Source of the DNA: an uncultured Gemmataceae bacterium
Lineage (GTDB): Bacteria > Planctomycetota > Planctomycetia > Gemmatales > Gemmataceae
Assembly: GCA_963750165.1 (NCBI GenBank)
Contig: CAVVPN010000003.1
Span: 224,001 to 288,000, forward strand
Length of the DNA stretch: 64,000 bases
Reading direction: 5' to 3'
Numbering within the stretch: position 1 is the first letter of the stretch; each line of letters opens with the position of its first letter. Made by a program: the position numbers and the translations under genes. The notes under the pieces were generated by a model, which saw only the letters and a list, made by a program, of their open reading frames with translations, was not told the origin of the DNA and searched no databases. Positions 39,317-47,807 of this stretch are shown one piece after another.

Positions 39317-40369
39317 TTACGGCCACAGCGGCTTCGGCGGCGCCGTCGGATAAATCGCCGTCGCCCGCCCCTGCTTGCCGTTGTGGATGTGCAACACCGC
39401 CCCATCGCTGAAGCCGACGGCCCGACTCATGCCCACGTCGATCAGGAAGATTAGCCCGTCATACGCCTGGAACATCTGGCCGCGCGGCCGCACCGTGGCC
39501 TTGTCGAAGGTGACCGCGCCCGGCTGGTGGCCGATCACCAGATGCTTGACGCCCAGCGCCTTCACGTAACCCGCCAGCCGGTTCCGGCCCGCGGCGGGTG
39601 TGTCGTTGTCCTGTTGCCACCACGGCTGCGGGTGCAGGCGTGCCTCCAGCAGCGAACGCTTGTCCTGCAACACCTGCGCCGCGAAACCGTGCGCGTCCAC
39701 GTCCTTTTGCAGAGCGGCCTGGAGCTGGCGGAGCGTCTTGCCGTGCGTGTTGCCGGCGTGCGCGAAGAACCAGTCGTTAACGCGGGCCGCGAACGGCAGG
39801 TGGCGTAAAAACACGCCGACGCCCAGGCGGTCCTTGCCGGCGGCCACGTCCTGCGGTTGGACACCCTGGGCCTTCAGTTCCGCCAGGAATTCGACCGCCT
39901 TTTTGTTGTCCGGCGTCGGCTTCGCCAGGAAATAGGCCTCGTGATTGCCCATCGTGACGACCACCCGGCCGCCGGCCTGCCCCGCCTCCGTCTGCAGCGC
40001 CCGCAGTAGTGCGATCACCCGCAGGGACTGGTTGCCCTTGTCGATCAGGTCACCGGTACACACCAGGACCGCCTTGCCAGCCCTCCACTTGACCTTCTGC
40101 GGCGGCCCCGGATCGCCGGGGATGATTTTGGCCGCCGTCAGCACGCTGACGAGCCGGTCATAGTCGCCATGCGGGTCGCCCACGGCGTAGATGTCGTGTT
40201 TGGTGTCGATCTCGACGACAGCGGGATATTTGGCCCAGTCGCGGTCGGCGCCTCGGGTCTGGGCCGGGGCGGTCTCGACGAGCGGGGCGGCGGCGCATAC
40301 CACAGCGAGGAGGCCGGCGGTGATGAACCAGAGCGAACGCCAGCCGGCGCTACGGAGGTGGGGGAGCAT
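39317..40369 (-). CDS. Exported metallophosphoesterase, Shewanella-like PPP type
   Basis: GDPHGD, GDLIDKG, GNHE, HAG, GHQP, IDVGMS. Confidence 0.88.
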   Translation of the reverse strand: MLPHLRSAGWRSLWFITAGLLAVVCAAAPLVETAPAQTRGADRDWAKYPAVVEIDTKHDIYAVGDPHGDYDRLVSVLTAAKIIPGDPGPPQKVKWRAGKAVLVCTGDLIDKGNQSLRVIALLRALQTEAGQAGGRVVVTMGNHEAYFLAKPTPDNKKAVEFLAELKAQGVQPQDVAAGKDRLGVGVFLRHLPFAARVNDWFFAHAGNTHGKTLRQLQAALQKDVDAHGFAAQVLQDKRSLLEARLHPQPWWQQDNDTPAAGRNRLAGYVKALGVKHLVIGHQPGAVTFDKATVRPRGQMFQAYDGLIFLIDVGMSRAVGFSDGAVLHIHNGKQGRATAIYPTAPPKPLWP

Positions 40370-40642
40370 GAGACACCTGGGGTCGCGGGTTGGGTCGCGG
40401 CGCCGCCCCGGGCTCACGGAGTTCTCACGGGACCGCCGGTAGGGTGATTATGGGTCCGCGACGGTCGGCGGTCCACGGAAATCGGCGGCTATCGGTGCGG
40501 CCAGGGCGCCAGATCTCGACGTATGAAAAAGTTGGCGTTCTTGGCGTCCTTGGCGTTCTTGCTCTGTCAGACGGCGCCGCCTGCTGCCCCGGAGTGCCAA
40601 CCCGACCGCCCACTTTTTTCGCTGCCAAACCAGGGAGAGACC

Positions 40643-41443
40643 ATGCGACGCTGGATGCTGCCGGGCCTGCTGGCCGTGATCGTGCCGGTGGGCTGTGTCG
40701 AACTGCAACCACCCGCTGACGAGAAACCGACGGCGGCGCCGGCCCCGGTCCAGGGCGGCGGCAAGACCGTCAAGGCCGTCAAGACCGCCGAGTGCCGCTG
40801 GGCGGGGGCGCCGATCAAGATTGACGGCGTGCTCAGTGAGGTCGCCTGGGACAACGCCCAGGTGCTCGACGACTTCGCGGTCTTCTGGCAGAATCGCAAG
40901 CCGAAGACGAAGACGTGCGCCCGCCTGCTCTGGGACAACAGCTATCTCTATTTCTTCGCCGAGATGGAGGACAACGACCTGTACGCCGACGTGACCGAGC
41001 GCAACGGCATGACCTGGACCAACGACGTGTTCGAGCTGTTCTTCAAACCAGAGGCGGATCGGCTGACGTACTACGAAATCCAGGTGAACGCCGCCAACAC
41101 GCAACTGGAATTGTTCCTGCCGTCGCGCGGCGCCGGCGGCTACCAGCGCTTCGCGAAAACGACGAAGTTCGGCATGGAGACGGCGGTGAAGTTGCAGGGC
41201 ACGCTGAACCAGTGGGACGATGAGGACAAGGGCTGGACGGTGGAGGGCCGCATCCCGTGGGCGGCGTTCCAGGTCAGCGGCGGCCGGCCCAAGCCAGGCG
41301 CGAAGTGGCGCTTCGCCCTGTGCCGTTACGACTACTCCGTAACGCTCGCCGAGCCCGAGCTGTCCTCGACGGCGCCGCTGACGCAGCCGAGTTTCCACCG
41401 CTACGAGGACTACAGCGAGTTGACATTCGTCGGCCGCAAGTGA
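40643..41443 (+). CDS. Lipoprotein with CBM9-like sugar-binding domain
   Basis: PVGC lipobox, IKIDGVLSEVAW, RLLWDNSYLY, DVFELF, WTVEGRIPW. Confidence 0.82.
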   Translation: MRRWMLPGLLAVIVPVGCVELQPPADEKPTAAPAPVQGGGKTVKAVKTAECRWAGAPIKIDGVLSEVAWDNAQVLDDFAVFWQNRKPKTKTCARLLWDNSYLYFFAEMEDNDLYADVTERNGMTWTNDVFELFFKPEADRLTYYEIQVNAANTQLELFLPSRGAGGYQRFAKTTKFGMETAVKLQGTLNQWDDEDKGWTVEGRIPWAAFQVSGGRPKPGAKWRFALCRYDYSVTLAEPELSSTAPLTQPSFHRYEDYSELTFVGRK

Positions 41444-41454
41444 AAGAATAAGAT

Positions 41455-41551
41455 ATTCACCACAGAGAACGCAGAGCGCAGAGAACAGACCCAAGAATGA
41501 AAGACCAATTCTTGTGTCTTCTCTCTGCGCTCTGCGTTCTCTGTGGTGAAT
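41455..41551. repeat. Inverted repeat with CACAGAG/CGCAGAG units
   Basis: attcaccacagagaacgcagagcgcagag...ctctgcgctctgcgttctctgtggtgaat. Confidence 0.8.
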
Positions 41552-41565
41552 TCTTTTTTCAGGAG

Positions 41566-43089
41566 ATGCCGATGCCGTTCCAACGCATGAGACTTTGTGC
41601 TGGCCTGTTCGTTCTTCCGCTGGTGCTGCTGCTGCCGACCGGGGCTCAGGAGAAGAGCGACAAGTCCGAGAGCAAACCACCGCTCCAGGACGTGACCGCG
41701 ATCACGAAGCACACGCTGCCGCTGGGCAAGGAGAAGATCAACTACGAGGCGACGGCGGGCGTCCTGGTGCTGCGCGACGAGGACGGCAAGCCAACCGCCA
41801 GCATGTTCTACACCAGCTATGTGCGCACCGACGTGGCCGACATCCGCAAGCGACCCATCACCTTCACGTTCAACGGCGGCCCCGGTTCGTCGTCGGTCTG
41901 GCTGCACATGGGTGCCTTCGGGCCGAAGCGCGTCTACCTCACCGACGAGGGCCACGCCCCGGCGCCGCCGTACAAGCTCGTGAACAACGAGTCCACCATC
42001 CTGGACCTGACCGACCTGGTGTTCATCGACCCGGTGTCCACCGGCTACAGCCGCACGGCCCCCGGGCAGGACCACAAGAAATTTCACGGCGTCGAACAGG
42101 ATTTACAGAGCGTCGGCGAGTTCATCCGCCTGTACACGACGCGCCACGGCCGCTGGGACTCGCCGAAATTCCTGGCCGGCGAGAGCTATGGCACCACCCG
42201 CGCCGCCGCCCTGGTCGGCCACCTGCAGGACCGCCACGGCATGAACTTCAACGGCGTCATCCTGGTGTCGTCGATCCTCAACTTCCAGACCGCCCGCTTC
42301 GACGACGGCAACGACCTGCCGTACCCTCTGTTCCTGCCGACATACACCGCGACGGCGTGGTATCACAAGAAGCTGCCGGCGGCCCTGTCCGGCGACCTGA
42401 AAAAAACGTTGGCGGAGGTGGAACATTTCGCGCAGGGCGAGTACACGCTGGCACTGATGCAAGGGAGCAAGCTGGGCCAGGCGGAGCGGAAGAAGATCGC
42501 CGCCAGGGTCGCACGCTACACGGGGTTGACCGAGGATTATGTGCTGCGGAGCAACCTGCGCATTCAAATTCAGCGCTTCTGCAAGGAACTGTTGCGCGGC
42601 CAGAGCCGCACCGTCGGCCGCTTCGACAGCCGCTATCAGGGCATCGACCGCGACGCCGCCGGCGAGGTCATGGAGTACGACCCCAGCTACGCCGCCGTCC
42701 AGGGGCCGTACACCGCGACGCTCAACAACTACCTGCGCGAGACGCTCCGCTACAAGAGCGACCTGCCGTATGAGATCCTCACGGGCCGCGTGCAGCCGTG
42801 GGACTACAGCAACTTCGCGAACCGCTACGTCAACGTGTCGGATCGGCTGCGGCAGGCGCTGACCAAGAACCCGGCGCTGCGCGTCTACGTGGCCAACGGT
42901 TACTACGACCTGGCGACGCCGTACTTCGCCACGGAGTACACGTTCAACCACCTGAACCTGGACCCGTCATTGGCGAAACATATCACGATGGGTTACTACG
43001 AGGCGGGGCACATGATGTATGTGCAGCGGGCGGCGCATCGGCAGCTGAAGGCGGAGTTGACGAAGTTTTATCAGGAGGCGCTGCGTTGA
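41566..43089 (+). CDS. S10 family serine carboxypeptidase
   Basis: FNGGPGSSS, IDPVSTGYS, GESYG, GYYDLATP, GHMMY. Confidence 0.93.
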   Translation: MPMPFQRMRLCAGLFVLPLVLLLPTGAQEKSDKSESKPPLQDVTAITKHTLPLGKEKINYEATAGVLVLRDEDGKPTASMFYTSYVRTDVADIRKRPITFTFNGGPGSSSVWLHMGAFGPKRVYLTDEGHAPAPPYKLVNNESTILDLTDLVFIDPVSTGYSRTAPGQDHKKFHGVEQDLQSVGEFIRLYTTRHGRWDSPKFLAGESYGTTRAAALVGHLQDRHGMNFNGVILVSSILNFQTARFDDGNDLPYPLFLPTYTATAWYHKKLPAALSGDLKKTLAEVEHFAQGEYTLALMQGSKLGQAERKKIAARVARYTGLTEDYVLRSNLRIQIQRFCKELLRGQSRTVGRFDSRYQGIDRDAAGEVMEYDPSYAAVQGPYTATLNNYLRETLRYKSDLPYEILTGRVQPWDYSNFANRYVNVSDRLRQALTKNPALRVYVANGYYDLATPYFATEYTFNHLNLDPSLAKHITMGYYEAGHMMYVQRAAHRQLKAELTKFYQEALR

Positions 43090-43098
43090 GCGAACAGC

Positions 43099-43133
43099 AG
43101 CGGGGAGGCGGACTCCAACACCCGCCTCCCCGC
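43099..43133. terminator. GC-rich hairpin after the carboxypeptidase
   Basis: gcggggaggcgg...ccgcctccccgc. Confidence 0.55.
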
Positions 43134-43160
43134 GGTGAATCACTATTGCAGATTGCGACT

Positions 43161-43228
43161 GGGTGTAGCGGAAGTCGCCAGACTTCCGAGCAGCACCGGA
43201 CGGAAGTCTGGCGACTTCCGCTACACCC
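43161..43228. repeat. GTAG-type REP doublet, perfect 28-bp inverted repeat
   Basis: gggtgtagcggaagtcgccagacttccg...cggaagtctggcgacttccgctacaccc. Confidence 0.85.
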
Positions 43229-43242
43229 AACTGCGAACCGCT

Positions 43243-43662
43243 CTAGCCCTTGTCCTTTTCCTTCTCCCTCTCCTTGGGAGCCTTGTCCTTGTCAAACCGG
43301 TCCTTGTACCGCTCGCGCTCCATCTTCATGCGGTGCTCGACCTGCTGTTTGCTCCAGCGGCGGTAGCTGTCCAGATCCTCGAACTTGGTGATCGGCACCC
43401 AGGCGAACTCCGTCCCCTCCATGAGTCCGCCGGGGCCGCCACGGAAGTCCATGCCGGGGGCGTACAGGCCCCAGGTCTTGCCCGTCTCGTGGTCGATCAT
43501 CACCGCGGTGAAGAAGCCCGCGGACACCACCTGAAAACGGCTCGGCTTCATCTTGTCACCGCCCTGCGGGGTGGGGGCGGGCGCCGGCGGTTGGGCCGCA
43601 CTCCAGCCGACCGCGGCCAGCACCACGGCGATCAGGCCCATCGCGACGTACCTGGAATTCAT
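43243..43662 (-). CDS. Exported hypothetical protein
   Basis: Signal peptide, GGAGGAG RBS, charged C-terminus. Confidence 0.7.
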   Translation of the reverse strand: MNSRYVAMGLIAVVLAAVGWSAAQPPAPAPTPQGGDKMKPSRFQVVSAGFFTAVMIDHETGKTWGLYAPGMDFRGGPGGLMEGTEFAWVPITKFEDLDSYRRWSKQQVEHRMKMERERYKDRFDKDKAPKEREKEKDKG

Positions 43663-43758
43663 TGCGATTCTCCTCCGGTCAGAGATGTGCGACCCGGGAG
43701 GCGGGCGACGCCCTTACAACAACCTCCCGGCAAAGGGTCTGCGAAAACCTTGCCCACT

Positions 43759-44763
43759 TTAACAGCCCGGCCGTGGCGCCGCAAAAGAATCCTCCGGTTT
43801 TTCGCTGCCGTACCCCCAGTAGCGCCGTTCCACCTGCCACGCCGTCACGTCGGCCACCGGCCCCAGGCGGCGCAGGCCGTGGCGGTGCCGCAGCAGCGCC
43901 GGCAGTTCCGTCAACAGCCGCAGCCGGCCGCACACGAACGGCGCCAGCGCCCCTGCCTGCCAGCGCCGCCACGCCTTCGCTGCCAGCACCGCCAGGTGCA
44001 GCGGCAGCGCCCGCGCCAGCGCCCGTCCCGGCAGATTGCGCCAGAAGACGCGCTCCTCGTTGCACGACTGCCGCTCCAGCAGCGCCCGCCGCGGCCAGCC
44101 ATACGATGCCGACACCCGGTGCAGCACCCGCGCCGCCGGCTCGAACAAGGTGCGGTAGCCGGCCCGCTGCAACCGAAACGCCACGTCCACGTCCTCGAAA
44201 TACGCCCCGAAGGACTCCGGAAAGCCGCCGATGCGCAACAGTGCGTCGCGGCGGTAGAAGGCGCTGGAGGCACTGGCGCCGAAGACGGGCCGCGGCGTCA
44301 GCAGTGCCGCATCGGGCGGCCGGCCGTGGCCGCGCTTGCCGGCGACGCCGCCCAGGTAATAGCGGTCGCCGGCGCTGTCGATGCGGTCACCGGCCGGCCA
44401 ACACAGCACCAGCGGTGCCACGGCGCCCACGGCGGGATCAGCGAAGCAGCGCAGCGCCGCCGCGGCCCAGCCTGGCTGCACCTCGGTGTCGTCGTTGAGC
44501 AACTCGACCACCTCGCCGTGGGCCGCGGCAATGCCGGCGTTGACAGCGGCACAGAAGCCGCCACGGCGCTCCCGGCGCAGCACACGCACGCCGGGGAACG
44601 CCAGGGCCGCCGCGCTGACGCGGCCCTCGGCGGAGGCGTCGTCCACGACGAGGATGTCCGTCCCCGCCGGCGCGTGCCGGGCCAGCGCCGCCAGGCACAG
44701 ACGCAACAGGTCGGCCCGGTGATGGCTCGGGATGACGACGGAAAGGGTCGGAGTGTCAGCCAT
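43759..44763 (-). CDS. Glycosyltransferase family 2
   Basis: SVVIPS, VDDAS, GFCAAVNAG, LLNDD, YFEDVD. Confidence 0.9.
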   Translation of the reverse strand: MADTPTLSVVIPSHHRADLLRLCLAALARHAPAGTDILVVDDASAEGRVSAAALAFPGVRVLRRERRGGFCAAVNAGIAAAHGEVVELLNDDTEVQPGWAAAALRCFADPAVGAVAPLVLCWPAGDRIDSAGDRYYLGGVAGKRGHGRPPDAALLTPRPVFGASASSAFYRRDALLRIGGFPESFGAYFEDVDVAFRLQRAGYRTLFEPAARVLHRVSASYGWPRRALLERQSCNEERVFWRNLPGRALARALPLHLAVLAAKAWRRWQAGALAPFVCGRLRLLTELPALLRHRHGLRRLGPVADVTAWQVERRYWGYGSEKPEDSFAAPRPGC

Positions 44764-45814
44764 GTGTCACCGCCGGCCGTTCGCGCCGCGTCACGCCACG
44801 GCGCACCACCCGCACCAGCCGCCGCCGCACCGCCACCGGGTCGCCGCGGCCCAGGTCGCGCGCTAGCCCGCCCAGTTCGCGGAACACGGCCGCCTCGTCG
44901 AGCCGGCCGCGCCACCACGCCCGCAGCCGCCGCAGGCCCGCCTCCAGGCGCACCACCGCCGCCAGCACAACCAGCTGCCAGCGCGGCCAGTGCCGCAGCG
45001 CGTACGTCAGCAGCGCGTGCCGCGTGACCAGCCGCAGCACCGCCGGCACCGGCCGGGCCTGCAGCGGCCGGTGGTGGACGGCGCTCAGCCCCGGCTCGTG
45101 CCACACTTCCCAGCCGCGCGACACTGCCCGCCGGCACAGATCCACGTCCTCGTAATACAGGAAGAAGTCCGCCGCGAAGCCGCCCAGGTCCGCCAGACAG
45201 GCCCGCCGCGCCAGCAGGCCACAACCGGTTACCCATGCCACCTGGCGTCGCACTGTCCCGCCCGGCGCGTGGTACTTGCGCCGCGCCCGCGGCCGCAGCA
45301 GGCCGGCCAGCGTGCCCGCCAGCGTCGGGAACGGGCCGCACGAGCCCTGCGGCGAGCCGTCGCCGTTGCGCAGGCTGAGGCCGACGATGCCGGCGCGCGG
45401 CTGCGTCGCGGCCAGCCGTTCCGCCAAGGCCAGCGCCGCGTCGGCGAAGTTGTTTTCCACGGTCATGTCGGGGTTGAGCAGCAGCAGCCAGTCGCCGCGG
45501 CCGAGGCGGCAGCCCTCGTTCGCGGCACGGGCGAAGCCGCGGTTGCGGCCCCAGCGCCGCAGCGACACGCCCGGCCAGCGCCGCAGCCGTGCCGCCAGCC
45601 GATGCGGCGGCGAATGGTTGTCCACAACGATGACCTCGACCAGCCCGCGGCGGGCCGCGTCGCCGCGCAGCAGCCGCCGCACCAGGGCCGCCGTCGCACG
45701 CCACTGGCGGTAGTTGACGATGACGACCGACAGGCGCGGCACGGTCGCGGTGCGGAGCGGCGGTGGAGGGACAACGAGGGGAATCAGCGGCGGGGCGTCC
45801 GTGTCGGCCGGCAT
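44756..45814 (-). CDS. Glycosyltransferase family 2
   Basis: SVVIVNY, VDNHS, NRGFARAAN, LLNPD, FFLYYEDVDLC. Confidence 0.9.
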   Translation of the reverse strand: MPADTDAPPLIPLVVPPPPLRTATVPRLSVVIVNYRQWRATAALVRRLLRGDAARRGLVEVIVVDNHSPPHRLAARLRRWPGVSLRRWGRNRGFARAANEGCRLGRGDWLLLLNPDMTVENNFADAALALAERLAATQPRAGIVGLSLRNGDGSPQGSCGPFPTLAGTLAGLLRPRARRKYHAPGGTVRRQVAWVTGCGLLARRACLADLGGFAADFFLYYEDVDLCRRAVSRGWEVWHEPGLSAVHHRPLQARPVPAVLRLVTRHALLTYALRHWPRWQLVVLAAVVRLEAGLRRLRAWWRGRLDEAAVFRELGGLARDLGRGDPVAVRRRLVRVVRRGVTRRERPAVTHG

Positions 45815-45903
45815 GGCGGGATCCCTCCCTGCGAAAACGGTGAAGCTGGGTTGCGGAGAGTATAGACGGCGGCCCCTCGGGGACGCAATGCCGGCTCGTC
45901 GGA

Positions 45904-45963
45904 AGGATGAGGGATGAAGGATGAAGGATGAAACAGATGATTCATCCTTCATCCTTCATCCTT
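45904..45963. repeat. Inverted heptamer arrays (GGATGAA / TTCATCC)
   Basis: ggatgagggatgaaggatgaaggatgaa...ttcatccttcatccttcatcc. Confidence 0.8.
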
Positions 45964-45966
45964 CTC

Positions 45967-46734
45967 TTACCACGCCGCCCGCCGCGGCGGCTCGACGCCG
46001 ATCAGGAACGGCTTGACCAGCGCCAGCCCCGCCAGAAAGCCGCCGAAGTGCGCCGCGTAAGCGACGCCATCGCCCGCCCCCTTGCCGAACGCTCCCAGGC
46101 TGCTGATGATCTGGAACACAAACCACATGCCAATGGCCACCCATGCCGGCACCTCGGTCAGGAGGCGGAACAGGAACACTGTGACGCGGTTCGTCGGGTG
46201 CTGCACCAGGTACGCTGCAAGCACGCCAGAGATCGCCCCGGAAGCGCCGAGACTGGGGATCAAGGATTGGTAGCCGTCGAGGCCGCTCAGCGCCACCGTC
46301 AACCAGACGTGGGCCAGGCTCGCGATCAGACCGCAGACGAGGTAGAAGATCAGATAGCGGACATGGCCCATGTCGTCCTCGATGTTATCGCCGAAAATCC
46401 ACAGGAACAGCATGTTGCCCCCCAGATGCATGATGCCGCCGTGCATGAACATCGAGGTCAACAGCGTCAGGTACACCGATACCGGCGTGTGCCGAAGCCC
46501 TGGCACCGTCAATTCCTGTCCGGTTACGGGGTCCTTCACCTGAAAGTCCGGCGTCGCCAGGTTCTGGCCGGTGACGATCTTGAAGGGCACCGTGACGAAG
46601 GCGTAGGTGAAGGCGTCGTTGGTGCCGAAGCCCTGCAACACCACGAAGACGAAGACGTTGAGGGCGATCAGCGCGTAGTTGACGTAGGGCGTGGTGCGGC
46701 GGTCGGAGTTGTCGTCGAAGAGCGGCAGGACCAT
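45967..46734 (-). CDS. Rhomboid family intramembrane serine protease
   Basis: SMFMHGG..HL.GNM, GASGA, AHFGG. Confidence 0.93.
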   Translation of the reverse strand: MVLPLFDDNSDRRTTPYVNYALIALNVFVFVVLQGFGTNDAFTYAFVTVPFKIVTGQNLATPDFQVKDPVTGQELTVPGLRHTPVSVYLTLLTSMFMHGGIMHLGGNMLFLWIFGDNIEDDMGHVRYLIFYLVCGLIASLAHVWLTVALSGLDGYQSLIPSLGASGAISGVLAAYLVQHPTNRVTVFLFRLLTEVPAWVAIGMWFVFQIISSLGAFGKGAGDGVAYAAHFGGFLAGLALVKPFLIGVEPPRRAAW

Positions 46735-46868
46735 ATCGACCTCGTGGTGGAGGATCGGGAGCGAGTGGCAAGTGATGTAGGTGAAGCCTCGATTATGCGG
46801 TACTGGTTACGTTACCGTTGCGCGTGGTTCGGTGCCACGCATTGTTTCTGAATCCTCGGAGTAACGCC

Positions 46869-47204
46869 ATGAAACCACCGTCGAAGCCCCAGCGTACCGC
46901 CGAGCAGTGCGCCGCGGAAGAAGCGCTCCGCCGCCAGCACGCCGCGAACCCGATCCGCCAGCGGCCCGCGGGTGCCATCAACCGGCAGAGTTTCGCCGCA
47001 ATTTTGAGCCTGGTCGCACGCTTCAAGGCAGTCCGCGAAAGAGAGGGGTTGACGCTGACCGAGGTGGCCGAACGGATGGGGATCGACGCGCCGGCGCTGT
47101 CCCGCCTGGAAACGGGCAAGATGCTGAACCCAACCCTCGCCACGCTGCACAAGTGGGCGGAAGCCCTGGGGCAGAAACTGGACATCGATTTGACATCCGC
47201 GTAA
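46869..47204 (+). CDS. XRE-family HTH protein, antitoxin-like
   Basis: REREGLTLTEVAERMGIDAPALSRLETG..NPTLATL. Confidence 0.85.
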   Translation: MKPPSKPQRTAEQCAAEEALRRQHAANPIRQRPAGAINRQSFAAILSLVARFKAVREREGLTLTEVAERMGIDAPALSRLETGKMLNPTLATLHKWAEALGQKLDIDLTSA

Positions 47205-47224
47205 TCGCGATGCCGTGACGGAAG

Positions 47225-47312
47225 AACTGGTGGGGTGAGACTGGAAATGGTAAACCAGGGTGTTGGCGTCCAGAAAAATGGAGGCGCCCTGGGGGAGACT
47301 CGCAAAGGTCAT
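47225..47312 (-). pseudogene. N-terminal stub of a PIN/VapC toxin
   Basis: MTFASLPQGASIFLDANTLVYHF..HP; start overlaps the antitoxin stop; homology is lost after about 28 codons. Confidence 0.65.
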
Positions 47313-47521
47313 TCCCCATCCAGCGGGTCGAGGTCGTGAGACAGGGCGAAGTAATCGGCCTCGGCGGCGCTGCCTTTGAAGCCCAGAATGCCGTAGGCCG
47401 CCACGAGCGAACTGATCTGGGTTTGCACGGTGATTTGTACGGTTTGGCGTTCCTGCAAGGGGAGTGGTTGTTTCGGCTTGAGTACGCCGTTCTCGTACAC
47501 CGCTTCGACGGTAATGACCAT
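47309..47521 (-). CDS. DUF104/AF2212-like antitoxin
   Basis: ITVEAVYENGVLKPKQPLPL.E...V.ITV; GGAGG RBS. Confidence 0.85.
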   Translation of the reverse strand: MVITVEAVYENGVLKPKQPLPLQERQTVQITVQTQISSLVAAYGILGFKGSAAEADYFALSHDLDPLDGE

Positions 47522-47807
47522 TTCCGGTCCTCCCGAGAAAAAGGACGCCCCCTGCATTGTAATCGACGGCGCGGCTCGAAACCACGGGTTCGGCTTGACC
47601 GATCCGTGCGGAGGACGCCTTCGTCTCGGGCACCGGCTTTACTTTTCCCTGGACTGGCCGGTCGGAGTTGTCGTCGAAGAGCGGCAGGACCATGAGGCGC
47701 GCCCTCGGGGGGCCGGGCACGGCGTGCGAATCATTTTTCGGATTTCTTCGCACGAACGGCCCGGTGCCGGCAATATGGTAGCGAAACGACCTCTGGAGAC
47801 GCCGCAC

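Larger units (their letters stand above)
46700..47693. mobile_element. Toxin-antitoxin islet flanked by exact 35-bp direct repeats of the rhomboid 5' end
   Basis: cggtcggagttgtcgtcgaagagcggcaggaccat at 46700-46734 and 47659-47693. Confidence 0.7.

Noticed and set aside
40523..40642. Upstream extensions of the CBM9-like and S10 peptidase ORFs (also 41497-41565)
   Set aside because: They translate repeat DNA; better RBS-supported starts exist at 40643 and 41566.
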